In this document: piece after piece, positions 1 through 13,106 of the stretch
How the letters are laid out: each line of letters starts with the position of its first letter
Numbering within the stretch: position 1 is the first letter of the stretch
Source: Octopus vulgaris
Lineage: Eukaryota
Length of the DNA stretch: 64,000 nt
NCBI GenBank assembly: GCA_951406725.2
Contig: OX597815.1
Coordinates: forward strand, 46,872,001 to 46,936,000
Reading direction: 5' to 3'
Position numbers and translations under genes: made by a program
The notes under the pieces: model-generated
Seen by the model: the letters and a program-made list of their open reading frames with translations, nothing else
Databases searched by the model: none
What the model was told of the DNA's origin: nothing

Positions 1-441
1 GTGTGTGAAGAAATATAGGTGTGGATATGTGGGTATGTGTGTAGATGTGTATGTCTGCGCGCTTACGTTACATTTATTATTTTTCTCGACGAATCCAATT
101 TCGGTATGGTCGTAAAAGTTTGGACGGTATGGCGCAAGGAGTCTATGAAAAACTAATAAACACCGATGTTATGGACTGTATTTAAGGTGAAAAGCCTGAG
201 AAGGATATTTAATTTCTTGAAGCGAATCAAATAATATAAAAGTGGAAACAATGACAAACTCTGACGCCATTTTAATTCTTCGTTCAAAAATGTCTTGCTT
301 CAGTTTAGTATTGTTACTGTAATTTTCCTACCCGAGTGCTTCCTCCATTCTCATTGATGTCTGAAAATCATTCTTTTCAACCGCTCACTCGCTCATTGAT
401 GTGACATATCCGTGTGTTTTTACGTTCCTTCACCCTCCCTG

Positions 442-442
<1 letters not shown>

Positions 443-499
<57 letters not shown>

Positions 500-652
500 G
501 TTTCATTCTCTTTTTCGCTCCCACTGTTTCTGTCTAATTTTGTATTTTATTTTCAATCCCTCATTATCTTTCTCTCTATGTAGGCTTATGTGCTTAAATT
601 TTGTGCGTTTCGCATGCCGATAGACTCACATGCACGCGCGCACGCACACACA

Positions 653-692
<40 letters not shown>

Positions 693-766
693 TATACACA
701 CATACACACATATATATATAAGTGTATATATCTATATACATACTATAATGTTCTGTTATGCGTGTT

Positions 767-846
<80 letters not shown>
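443..846. repeat. Microsatellite cluster (CT)n, (CA)n, (TG)n
   Basis: Directly visible dinucleotide runs. Confidence 0.95.
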
Positions 847-848
<2 letters not shown>

Positions 849-1489
849 AGGCTTTATCAACAATGTTTCTTGAAGCGAGATCAACTATAGATATAAGTTA
901 TGATGTTTGAATTCACCATGAGAGTTTTCGTTAATAAACAATTCCTTTACGTATTTCTTGCTCCCTCTCTTCCGCTCTCTTTCTCTCTTATGTATATCTT
1001 CACACATGCACATATATTTAAATCGATCAAACTGAAAAATTAATGAAAGGTTATTCAAGTCGAGATACAATGTATAGTTTTTGAACCGAGACCGAGTTAC
1101 GTTACAGGAAGACAAATGTTTCTCATTACATGCACACATCTATTTCATTCATCTGTAGGTTTCAGAAAGGATGTTGCTCAAAATATACTCGTTTATATAC
1201 TGGTAACTGATGTAAAGCAGAACATGACTTTTAATGCAAAGACTACTGAAACGTCAAAAAGTTTGAACGGAATCTTCCTAGGGGTGAGATTGTCAACACC
1301 AAAAGTGATTGAAAAATTCGGGTCTAAAATTCACATCATGGAATTGTAGCTATATGACAGCATATATTCCTCAAAAACATCAAGAATATTCAAAAGCTAC
1401 AAGATCGCTCAATAAGTTTTAATAAGATAAATGCGATTTGAAATAAGTTTTTCTCATGCTACGGAGTGTTTAACGAAAACTCAAAGCAT

Positions 1490-1905
1490 GCGAACTGGCA
1501 GAATGGTTAGTACTCCGGACCAAATGCTTAGCAGCATTTGGTCCATCTTTACGCTCTGAGTTCAGATTTCGCCAAGATTGGTTTTGCCTTTTATCCTTCG
1601 GAGTCGATAAATTAAATACCAGTTAAGCATTAGGGTCGATATAATCGACTAATCCCCTATTCTAAACTTACTAAAATTTGAACCCAATAACTTAGTAATT
1701 AAAAGCGGCAAGCTGGCAGAATCGTTAGCATCCGGACAAAATGTTTAGCAGCATTGTGTTTGTCTTTACATTCTGAGTTAAAATTCTGCCGAGGTCGTCT
1801 TTGCCTTTTCTCCTTTCGGGGTCGATAATTTAAGAAACACTGAGGTCAATATAATTGACTATTCCTCCTCCCCAAATTTCAGGCCTTATTTCTATCGTAG
1901 AAAGG
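1490..1905 (+). mobile_element. Two tandem copies of tRNA-derived SINE family A
   Basis: Head GCGAGCTGGCAGAATCGTTAGC..GAGTTCAAAT (A/B-box-like) and body GCCTTTCATCCTTTCGGGGTCGATAA, shared with about 20 copies in the window. Confidence 0.85.
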
Positions 1906-3214
1906 GTTTAATGAAATTTCAGTCTCACTATTTTGAGTTATGTATAATAAAGACACATAAAGTTACACAAGTTCAGATACCCAAACGCTTTGATTTTCAT
2001 CTAAGAGTTTGAATTCAGGACAGCAATTAACTGTTTTGCTAATGTTTAGCGCGTTTACAGCACTTGCTATTTAGTTTAAATAGTAATTAATAGGGACAGA
2101 AGCAGCATTAATACCAAATGGTAATATTTATCTTCCACTAAACTTGATGCTATATAGAATACAGAATACTGCGCTATTTACCACGAGAGGACCTGTCATA
2201 TAGACTTGCGGTCATAAAAGCGTTCGAGTTTATATCACTGACGGTCGATAACCGTCCGCTGCGGCCACAGAAGCTATCAGATCATTCGATTTTGCCCTTA
2301 GTTGGGCTTCTTAATGGCAGACGTCCTGCTAGAAACAGCAGCTGATATCCCCATCAATGAAGTATAGAATCACAGTGTCTGTTCAGGCAAAGATGTCGCA
2401 AATAGTCAGTGGGTTTATTAAAAATTAGCTAAAAGCGATAGAAGCACTATTAATACAAAAAGGTAATATTTATCTTCAACTAAAACAGGATGTTGTGTTA
2501 AAACACAAAATACTGCATTGTTTACTATGATAGGACCTCTCATATGGAATTGTGGTGCGTAAAAGCACTCGTGTTTATATCTCTGATATAACCATACCTG
2601 CTGCGGTCGCCGGAGCTGTCTGACCACATGATATTCTGACAAATAATATTTCGACAATTCAACTTACTATATGTCGCATTGTTAGGTAATGAAAACAAAG
2701 GAATAAAACCCAGATATTTTAATATAATTTTAGTTCATCTTCAACATTTAAGTTATGATTAGTTGCCTATCGCAGAAATGATCTTCAAGACTGCTCTCTG
2801 ACCAATTCCCTTGATATCTGTTTTTAACTGACGGAAATATCTTGATGTAGTAATTCACATTGCCAGTCAGATACACAACCAAGTTTTCATGAAAAATGTA
2901 GCAAATGTTGATGCAGACAGAAAATTTTAGCAACATTTTTGCATTCCAAGATGCAAAATATTTCTAAAAAGTTCCTCATTCCAAAGATCGGTGGTTTTGA
3001 AGTGAATTATACACAACGTATTCATAGGTTACTTGTTTCAGTCATTAGGTTGCGGCCATGCTGGGGCACCACCTTGAAGAATTTTAAATCGAACGATTCG
3101 ACCCCTATTACTTACTTTTTTAAAACCTGGTACCCATTCTATCGGTCTCTTTTGCTGAAATTCGAAAGCATTAATATAATAAATAAATGAAAGAACTTTG
3201 AAAGCAATCTATAC

Positions 3215-3880
3215 ATTTATCTATCCGCTCAGTCGAAGTCAACTCTCGATTACTCGATGGATCAGTGTTCTCCAGCCAGTTCTATCCTGAGTCGCTTCTT
3301 TCAGATTGGCTATGGCCATTCCGTGTCTCTCTTGATGGTGTCAGGCCAGCGGGTTCTTGGTCGGCCTCTTCCTCTCTTGCCACTGACCATTCCGAGCATG
3401 ATGTCCTTCTCCAGGGATTTTCTCCGCATAATATGACCAAAATATGTCAATCTATGCTTAGTGATCCTAGCTTCTAGCTACAGTTTCGGCTTGATCTGGT
3501 TAAGAACTTCTCCATTGGTGAGCATCGCTGTCCATGGAATCCGTAAAAGTCTTCTCCAACACCAAAGCTCGAATGCATTAATTCTCTTCTGGCCAGCTTT
3601 CTTTAGTGTCCAGGTCTCGCATCCACATGATGCTATTGGGAAGACGATTCCATTCACCAATCTGCATTTGGTAGCGAGTCTGATGTCTCTACTCTCCCAG
3701 ACCTTGCTCATGCTGACCATTGCCTCTTTGCCTAGTACTATCCGCCGCCTTATTTCTGGAGTGCAGTTACCATCACGATTTATTTTGGAGCCAAGGGAGA
3801 TGAAATCATCAACCATTTCGATCTCTTCATTATCTATCTTGATGCTGATGTTTGTTGTGGCTGCTGTTGACATGATCTTC
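3215..3880 (-). mobile_element. 5'-truncated RTE-clade LINE (RT C-terminal region, degenerate)
   Basis: ORF 3478-3873 reads EIEMVDDFISLGSKI..EIRRRI..CETWTLKK..INAFELWCWRRLLRIPWTA. It continues past a stop into YFGHIMRR..LEKDIMLG..GRGRPRTRW, typical of RTE/BovB. Confidence 0.93.
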
Positions 3881-4084
3881 GTTTATTTCTATACTTACGA
3901 TATGTTAATTACGAGGTAGTGCAATCCACATATACAAGAAACAGCGATACTTCGTATATCCCTGTTCAGATGAGATCCTAAATTCTAAATCTGCGTATCT
4001 ATATGTGTAAGTATTGACATACATATGTAATATAGTTCAGCACAAATTGTCGAACGTAATTTGGGCAGCGTAAATATTGCGTTT

Positions 4085-4428
4085 TACTTGTTTCATTTAT
4101 AGGAATGCGGTCACACTGGAGCACTGCCGTAAAATGTGTTTTGGAACACACCGACTCCATTACTGATTGTTTTAAAATTTGGTACTTATTCTATCGTCTC
4201 CTTTTCCAAACCGTTAAGATATGGGGACGTTAACAAACTAATAATGGTTGTAAAGCGATGGTGGAGTACGAACACAAACATGGAGGCACAAATAGGTGCG
4301 CACAGTTTCTGGCAACTAAATTCACTCACAAGGCTACGAGTGGTTATAGTAGAAGACACTTCCCTAAGGTACCGTGCAGCGAGACAGAACCCGAAACCAT
4401 GTGGTTACAAAACGGACTCCTTAACCAT
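4085..4428 (-). mobile_element. SINE family B
   Basis: Reverse complement of the family B copy at 5834-6215. Confidence 0.8.
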
Positions 4429-4470
4429 GCGTGTGTGCGTGTGTATGTGTGTGCGCGCGCACGCGCGCGC

Positions 4471-4512
<42 letters not shown>

Positions 4513-5833
4513 ATATTTTTTTTACTGATGTATGTATAGCAAAGAGAGGAATGAATATAATCGGTGAGCACCGGCATTTAACGAAAACCTTCAAGTATTA
4601 GCTATGCTTCAAGTTAGAGATGCTCTGTAGTCATCCTCAAAATGAGAAATAACAGCAAACCTCCATTTGACCATTTCGAAACCTATAAAGCGGCCAATTA
4701 TATGAAAAACAAAAATGCATATTTATATTATTTGGAACCATCTACAAAAACTGTGGATAGTGTGAAATTTTTCTAAACTTTGATCTTTTTTTTTTTTATT
4801 AATGTTCATATAACAAATATTTTCTTTAAACATCTGCATATGCGTGGCGACTCCTGTCAGAAATATTCTGAGAACTTTGCTAACGTACTTTCTATCTTAC
4901 GATTTATATTCTATTTTACTATCTATTGCACCTTTAATTGTTTTGTTGTTTATCGAATTTTCATTTCGTTAGAGCCACTCCCCTCTGGTAAGTTATCTAC
5001 TTCACCATCTGCTATAGATAGACACTTGCGATCGATGTTACACCGAATTGCTACTGGCTATTATGTATTAAATATCTGTTTATCAATCTCTTTGTTTGTC
5101 TCCCTCTCCATCTCTCTATATGTATACATACACACACACACAACACACACCCACGCTTTCTTACTCTCACTCTCTCTCACACACACATATATTTTAAAGA
5201 GATTTGCTGTGTAAGGCAGGAACAGTACGAGAAGGTACAAAGTAAAGTACAAAAAGAAAGAAACCAAAACCATGTTGCAGTTTTACCTATTTTATTTCGT
5301 CAAAAATAAAACGGTACTCGTTGTCAGGGATGGCTTAGCTAAATGGTACAGAGTACTCAGCCGGAATTTAGGAGGTATAGGGTTCGACTATATTGTAGCG
5401 ACATGCTGGCCACTCCCCACTCCCGCCACCGTCTTCTTACTGTATTTACCCAATTTTCTGCACTGTTTTTGCAGCTATTTGGTGCACGATAATTACTTTA
5501 TTTTCTGTAAAACACCAACTCACTCGGCGCTTCAAAGTCTGTTTATAAAAATGCTTTTATATGACATACTTAACATATGTATATCGTCGAAAAGTTAGGT
5601 GTAGTGGTCGTCTTCGAAGAGATTCCTTTATAGTCGCAGTGTGCTATAAAACACAATATACTTCAGGACCAGACGGAACAAAATCGTTCCGGAGATAACC
5701 ACGCATTTCACCTTTTTTGCAGGTTGTCAATACTACGTACTCTAGTATTCATGTTGCATCGGGCAGTCTGAATTACGTAGACTCAGTGAAGAAACAAGTC
5801 ACTGGTTTTGCAAAGGAGTCACTATATATATAT

Positions 5834-6215
5834 AGGCGCAGGAGTGGCTATGTGGTAAGTAGCTTGCTTACCAACCACATGGTTCCGGGTTCAGTCCCAC
5901 TGCGTGGAATCTTGGGCAAGTGTCTTCTACTATAGCCTCGGGGCGACCAAAGCCTTGTGAGTGGATTTGGTAGACGAAACTGAAAGAAGCCCGTCGTATA
6001 TATGTATGTGTGTTTATGTGTGTGTGTCTGTGTTTGTATCCCTACAAACACAGACACACGCTTGACAACTGATGTTGGTGTGTTGAGTTGACGTCCCCGT
6101 AACTTAGCAGTTCGGCAAAACAGACTGATAGAATAAGTTTGAGGTCGATTTGCTCGACTACAGGTGGTGTTCCAGCATGGCGGCAGTCAAATGACTGCAA
6201 CAAGTAAAAAAAAAA
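5834..6215 (+). mobile_element. SINE family B (tRNA-like head, CORE-like CTTGGGCAAGTG, internal (TG)n)
   Basis: GGAGTGGCTATGTGGTAAG..GGTTCAGTCCC head, tail CCAGCATGG..ATGACTG; many copies in the window. Confidence 0.85.
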
Positions 6216-6632
6216 GAAATAAAAGAATAATAGAATATATACACATACCAATATGCAACACTCACATTTTGTGCTTTTTCAATATGAAAACAGCTTTTCG
6301 TCCCTATGTATTTTTTGAAAGACAAAACTAGTAGACTAGTATTTATTTGTGCTTCACCTATGGAAATTAGTAAAAATAATTTTGACGTGCTAAATGGTTC
6401 ACTCAAATGTATTTTTTAAAATCGATATTTTTAAATGTTAATTATTCGCAGTTTTAGGTGGCGAAGATTATGGATTAGCAGAATTTCTTTGAGGGTCAGA
6501 AATATTGCTTTACTGTTTTGTTCCGGTTCTTTACATTTTGAGATCAAACCCTGCCGAGATCTCAGCCTTGCCATTGATCCCTGTTATATCAATAAATTAA
6601 AACACCGGTCAAGTATTGCGGTCTATATAAAC

Positions 6633-6884
6633 CACTGGTTGTTAACCGGGGTTCATATGACCTTTGAGGGTCCATAAAAGAATTTGTTAAAATATGTGCA
6701 ATAAAATTGGTTATACTTCTAGAATATACAAAATATTTCAACATCTTTAAAAAATAAAATTCCTAATAATATTCAATTATAAAAATAATAGGATTTTTTA
6801 AATCATCAACTGGTTATGAAGGACCCCTCGAGTAAAATAAAAATCAAAGGGGTCCTTAGGTAAAAATAGGGTTGAGAAATACTG
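6633..6884. mobile_element. hAT-like MITE inserted in a SINE-A copy
   Basis: Imperfect TIRs CACTGGTTGTTAACC / GGTTGAGAAATACTG (CAGTGGTTCTCAACC type). Confidence 0.65.
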
Positions 6885-7127
6885 ATTAATTCCTGCCCCA
6901 TGAAATAGGTAATGCACCAAAATTAGAAACCGATATGTTTACTAGGTTTGTCTTTATTTAGTTTTCATTTTCTTTTCATATATTTTTTGATTGTCCTTGT
7001 CCTTGGATTACAGCTGTGCTAGGGTATTGTCTTGAAGAATTTTAGTGGAATAGATCGGCTCCAGTATTTATTTTTTTTTAAAGTCAGGTACATATTCTAT
7101 CGGTGTCTTTTGTGCTGAGCTGCTTAT

Positions 7128-7670
7128 GAAAAGACTTCCGCTCACCCCGTCCCCATTTTCTCCCAAATTTATTTATTTTTGTAATTTTTTTTGCCAAAAA
7201 TCGGCATTGTGAAATTCCCCCACTCCAACTTCTTCAATTTTGACATTTTTTCCCGACACTAACCCTAACCCTAACGCCCTAACCCTAACCTTAATCCTAA
7301 CCCTAACCCTAAAACCCTAACCCCTACCCTAAAACTGTAGCCGTAAGTACTGAAATGTTTTGAAATTTTTGTCCGAATCATGATGTCCGTATTTTTCCGC
7401 ACGTTTATAAAAAAAAATTCTTAAAAAAAAAATTTTACAAAGATTTTTGGAAGTTTTTTCAGAATCATAATTTCCGTATTTTTCCGCATATTTTGAAAAA
7501 AATTTGTGTAAAAAGTTACAAATGAAGGAAATGGGTAATTTAGAAATGTCGATTTTTCCAATTTTTTTGCAAATTCGTATTCCCCGTAGCCGAAAACGGG
7601 GGTTTGTGTCGAAAAAAAACATTTTTAGAAAGGGTGGTTTTTTTTTTTGAGGGGGGAGGGAAGTCTTGCC
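7128..7670. mobile_element. Non-autonomous DNA transposon with 8-bp TSD and internal telomeric repeats, inserted in SINE-B
   Basis: TIR GAAAAGACTTCC / GGAAGTCTTGCC; TSD CTGCTTAT at 7120-7127 and 7671-7678. Confidence 0.75.
7260..7332 (-). repeat. Interstitial degenerate (TTAGGG)n telomeric repeat
   Basis: About 11 imperfect CCCTAA units. Confidence 0.9.
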
Positions 7671-8230
7671 CTGCTTATTAAGGAGGACGTAAACAAACCG
7701 ACACTGGATGTCAAGCGGTGGAGGAGGGGACAAATATGGACATAAACACGCACGCACGTGCACAGACATACATGCATACACACACACACTCACTCACTCA
7801 CACACTCACTCACTCACACACACACACACACATACACACACACCACATATACACACATATATACGAGGAGCTTCCATACAATTTCTGTCTACCAAATTCA
7901 CTCACAAGTCATTGGTTGGGGCCGAACTCGAAAACACACGGTTGCAAAGAAAGCAAGCCACGCCTGCGTCTATTCTGTACTTTCACCACACAACAAAGTT
8001 AGCTGCGTGTGCATGGGACAGGTCAACGATACATTCTTCAATTTGAATGTGTCTCTCTAAGACTACATGCTGATTTGAGGGTGATTTGGTTGCTGCTTCT
8101 AGCATTTTGATCCACCATAAAGAAGCTCCTCGTTCATTGCAAGCTTCACTTCTTATCTGTAGTAATCATTGAAAATTGATTACTTTTAATGTCATCATAA
8201 GTATCATCATCACCGCCATCATATATGAGT

Positions 8231-8555
8231 GAAGGCGCGTGGCTTAGTGGTTAGGTGCTTTCGGCTCATGATCGTAAGGTCGTGAGTTCAATTCCCGCCG
8301 GCGCGTTGTGTCCTTGAGCAAGACACTTTATTTCACGTTGTTCAAGTCCACTCAGCTGGCAAAAAATGAGTAGTACCTGTATTTCAAAGGGTCAGCCTTG
8401 TCACTCACTGTGTCACGCTGAATCTCCCCGAGAACTACGTTAAGGGTACACGTGTTTGTGGAGTGCTCAGCCACTTACACGTTAATTTCACGAGCAAGCT
8501 GTTCCGTTGATCGTATCAGCTGGGACCCTCGTCGTCGCAACCGACGGAGTGCTCC
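8231..8555 (+). mobile_element. SINE family C (tRNA head, CORE-like domain)
   Basis: GGCGCGTGGCTTAGTGGTTAG..GAGTTCAATTCC; GTCCTTGAGCAAGACACTT; tail ends CGTCGCAACCGACGGAGTGC. Confidence 0.87.
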
Positions 8556-10162
8556 TATATATATATACTCTCTCTCACCATCACCACCGATACTAGAATA
8601 AACTACATCAACATCCTCCCTTACCACCACCACCACACCACCACCACCACCACCACCACCGCCGCCGCCGCCGCCACTGCCACCGTCACCATTCGGACTT
8701 CATATCCGTCACCGTCCACTCACAGTAGATGGCGACTGTCACCAGGCTTCATATGCATCAACTTCATCATTTCTCATATTTTGCGATTATTCACTCACCC
8801 ATCCACTCATTCATTCACTCACTCAATCTCTTCCCCCTCTCTTTCCTTTTTCCACACACATGTACGCATACACGCACAGTTTTATACGTTTATCTATATT
8901 TGTAGTTATCTTTATATGTTGTTGTAATTGTTATAATTGTTGTTGCGAATTTACTGCCGCTGCGTGTATGTTAGAAAATGATTTTTCATATCAGATGGCG
9001 TTAATGTGAACATCACTCCGACAGTTGTAAGACACTTGTGAGCCTTATCTTTATGTTTGTTCATATCGTTTCAACGAGGGCTATTAGAAAGGAAGCGCCA
9101 AACAAAACAAAAATCAAAGAATAAAGAAAAAAATTCAATTGAAAAGAAAACTAAATTGAATAGAACTGAACGAGATTTCTTTCTTAATCTTTTGCCTTCA
9201 ATATTCATCGATTTTCACTTTGCTTTATTTTATTTTAAAGTTTCTTTTATTCATTTATTAATTATATGATGAAGACTCAATGAATTGAAGATAGAAACAA
9301 AGACATACACATAAAAAAGAAAAAAAAAAAGAGAAAGAAAATATGGTTGTGACGAGACAGATTGTCAGCAAGACGATTGACTTAATAAGCTGCCATGATA
9401 ATTTTCTCACTAATGCTTTAAGCTAGAAACTACACCAAAAAATGTTTCCCTGATAGATAGATAGATATCTTTTCAGTGATTACAATTCCCAGTTGGAATC
9501 CTTCCCCTCAACTAAAAAAAAAAATAATAATAAAAAAAGAGGAAGAAAATACATGAAATAAAAATGTGTAACAAACAGGATTAAATTTTTACTTCCGAAA
9601 GAAGAGACACAGTTTCTTTCCTTTTTCATTACTTCTGCTTTACTCAAGAGAGGAAAGGGGCAAAGCAAAATAACTACAACGATCATAAATATAAGGTGGC
9701 GATGGCGGTGGGGGCGGGAAGAAAGTAAAAACAAATGAACAGGATAAAGATAAGATGCGAACAAAACAACACAGAAAAAAAAAAATTATAAATAACAACA
9801 ATAAAAGTTAAATAACGGCGCCAACATTTTCTCATTAGCAACTATTATATTATGACGGAAGGAGAAATACATAAACGTATTTATATAATACACGAACAAA
9901 ATAACAAAACAATAGTAACATTAATAAATATAAAAATGCGTGTATATATGTGTGTGTGTATATATGTGTGTATGTAAGTGTTGGTATGTATGCAACTCTC
10001 ATTTTATATACATACATACATACATACATACATACATACATAAATACATACATACATACATACATACATACATACATGCATACATATATACAGACTCACA
10101 CACGCACACCTACCCACACATACACGCACAAACACCTATGATTGCACGCAACGCGAGAGGCT

Positions 10163-10208
<46 letters not shown>

Positions 10209-10230
10209 AGTGAGAAAGAGAGAGAGAGAA

Positions 10231-10264
<34 letters not shown>

Positions 10265-10575
10265 CGAAAAAGTAAGCGAGGGCACGTCGAATAGGAATTT
10301 CTAAAAGCAAAGCCTATTTACAGAATTAATGAAGAACGAAAGAATGTCGAAATTAAAAACTAATTGAAAAATAGTTACAAAAAAAAAAAAATTAACTAGA
10401 AATGTACATCAATTGGCAATGACAATCACAGGTGAATGTCACAATTGGGGAACAGACGGCAAATATTAAAAGATCAAGGAACCTGATAACTGGGAATATT
10501 TCTACGGAAGTGTTTGTGCAGGTTATGTGTGTACTTGTGTGTGTGCGTGTGTGTATGCATGTGCATGCTTTCTCG

Positions 10576-10609
<34 letters not shown>

Positions 10610-10618
10610 TATATATAC

Positions 10619-10649
<31 letters not shown>

Positions 10650-10671
10650 TATACATACATATATATATATG

Positions 10672-10721
<50 letters not shown>

Positions 10722-10885
10722 CATACATATATATATATATATACATATATATATGTATATATATATTTGTGTGTGTGTGTGCATGTGTGTGTGTGCGTGT
10801 GCGTGCGTGCGTGTGTATGTTGCGTATTATAAATGCGTGATTAAGCATGAGTATGAATGAATGCATGCATGTATGTCTGTATGTA

Positions 10886-10921
<36 letters not shown>

Positions 10922-10923
10922 TA

Positions 10924-10986
<63 letters not shown>

Positions 10987-11526
10987 ATCACAAAACATGA
11001 AATTGAAAATATTTTGGTATCATTTATTCACCATTACACGTGTTATTTACTATTAGGAATTAGACAGAGAAATTAAATAATATCATACATACATACATAC
11101 ATACATACACACACATATATATGTATATAAAAGACAAAGTAGAGTGAAAAAACTACAGAAGACTTGTGTTATATGGTTAAAGAATACTTTTAAATCGTTA
11201 TGTTAGGAAAGTGTTATAAAATTTTGTGTAAAGTAACTTTGTTTCTGGAGAAATAACCGGTTTCCTATTTTCTTTTCAAATTTCTCAAATTTCTTTATCG
11301 ATATTGAGTCATCTCTTCGCTTTGAAGTGAAGTATGAGAGTTCCAAACTGGGGAAAACAATCAGGGATGTTTTCGGTAAAAGGGAGACAATAAAAATGTT
11401 GGGAATGACTAGGTTTTAATTTAACATGATTTGGTTTAGAAAGAACAGAATGTTCGAAGTGGTTACATTTTGCTTTCTATTTTTTTCAAAGAAGTAAGTT
11501 TCCTTTTTTAAGATTGCTAGAAATGG

Positions 11527-11758
11527 TTAAGTTTTGGCTAATAGTTTTCAATGAAGTAGGTTTCCTTATTTAATCTAACTTGTGTTCATAAAATAGAAAG
11601 ATAGAATAGAAAGATTACAAATTGTGGTAGCAGTTACTTTGCGCATTTCTCAATGTGTGCACTAAAGGGGATCATTCTGTGTTCGGGGAATGCAATCTGC
11701 AGTCGGTGCAGAGTGCATCTGCGTCTGAGCGATAATCCCGTGGACCCTATGTAGTTTG
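11527..11758 (-). pseudogene. GIY-YIG endonuclease C-terminal fragment (Penelope type)
   Basis: Manual translation PNYIGSTGLSLRRRCTLHRLQIAFPEHRMIPFSAHIEKCAK*..RLNKETYFIENY*PKLN. Confidence 0.85.
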
Positions 11759-12484
11759 GGTGTCTATCTTTGTGCTTGAAAGTTGTTTAGTTGAGAAGTT
11801 AATTATCTTCGGTTTTTCCTGATCACCAGGTTCTAACCTGTGTCCTGGTGTCTCTGGTCTGGGGCTAAAAAATGCTGGTTGTAGTTTTGTTTGCATGAGT
11901 TGTCTGTGAGGTTGCATGGGATTAGTCCGGGTGAAAGGTGATATTGTTGCCTCAGATTGTTGTGTGTGTGGGTGTCTATGGATGTTTTGCTTAGTGATGT
12001 GTGTAACATTTCTGAATGTGGTATATTTGTGTTTGGAATTTCTTGTATGCGGGGTGTTTCTTGACCTAGTGTTATTTTGTGTTGTTCTTGTGTTCGGTGG
12101 GGACCAGTAATTTTGGGTCATGAGGTAATAGTACCTGGTATGTGGTGTACTTCTTATTCTAGTGTTGTTTTGTGTTGTTATGGGGTGGTTATGCCTGGTA
12201 TTGGGACGTTATTGGTGTGTGCTGTTTCTGGTATATGGGTGATCTTTAGATTTGGTGTAATCTATTTCATAAATGTGTTTGCTGTCAGCTTTTTCGCTGT
12301 TTAGTTTTGGGTGGGTCAAAAATGGTGGTGGCTGGTGATTTCTATTTATGGTGTATGGATGATAATAAGGGGGTTGTTGTTGACTAATTGGTTAAAACTG
12401 GGGGTGATTTGTGCGTTGTTCAGTTTTTGTTTGTTTTTATAGTTTTTATTCTTTAGAAGCTAAGAGATGACACAATATCGATAA

Positions 12485-12530
12485 AGAAATCTGAGAAATT
12501 TGAAAAGAAAATACGAAACCGGTTATTTCT
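12485..12530 (+). ncRNA. Degenerate minimal type I hammerhead-like motif (mirror copy 11249-11294 on minus)
   Basis: Stem I AGAAAT/ATTTCT, CTGAGAA (G8 deviates), GAAA-CCGG-TT with palindromic loop III; weak stem II. Confidence 0.45.
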
Positions 12531-12840
12531 CCAAAAACAATGTTACTTTACACCAAACTTTATAACATAACGATTTAACATAACATTTGAATATATTCCT
12601 AAACATAACAATTTAAATATATTCTTTAACCATACAACACAAGTCTTCTGTAGTTTTTTCACTCTATTTTGTCTTTTATACATCTAACAACATGCTTTCC
12701 CATACTAACTCTCTCACCTATATATATATACATATAAAGTGTGAAATAATATCACGAGAGCCCATCATCCAGCGGCACCCTTGACAGTATATTGGTTAGG
12801 ACGGCCTCCCTTCCGGTCGTCAGTTAGGATTTAAGAAGAT

Positions 12841-13000
12841 CTACCTACCTACCTACCTACCTACCTACCTACCTACCTACCTACCTACCTACCTACCTAC
12901 CTACCCACCTACCTACCTACCTACCTACCTACCTGCCTACCTACCTACCTACCTACCTACCTACCTACCTATCTTCCTACCTATTTACCTACCTACCTTC

Positions 13001-13096
<96 letters not shown>

Positions 13097-13106
13097 TATC
13101 TATCTA
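12841..13106. repeat. Compound (CCTA)n-(TCTA)n microsatellite
   Basis: Direct. Confidence 0.95.

Larger units (their letters stand above)
11130..12680 (-). mobile_element. Penelope-like element remnant with inverted ~200-bp pseudo-LTR arms
   Basis: Arms 11130-11332 and 12457-12680 are reverse complements and enclose a GIY-YIG fragment. Confidence 0.85.

Noticed and set aside
7260-7332. True telomere or fusion site
   Set aside because: Short, degenerate and inside a TSD-bounded transposon.
8231-8305. tRNA genes at SINE heads
   Set aside because: Heads are fused to repeated bodies and tails, and the acceptor stems are incomplete.
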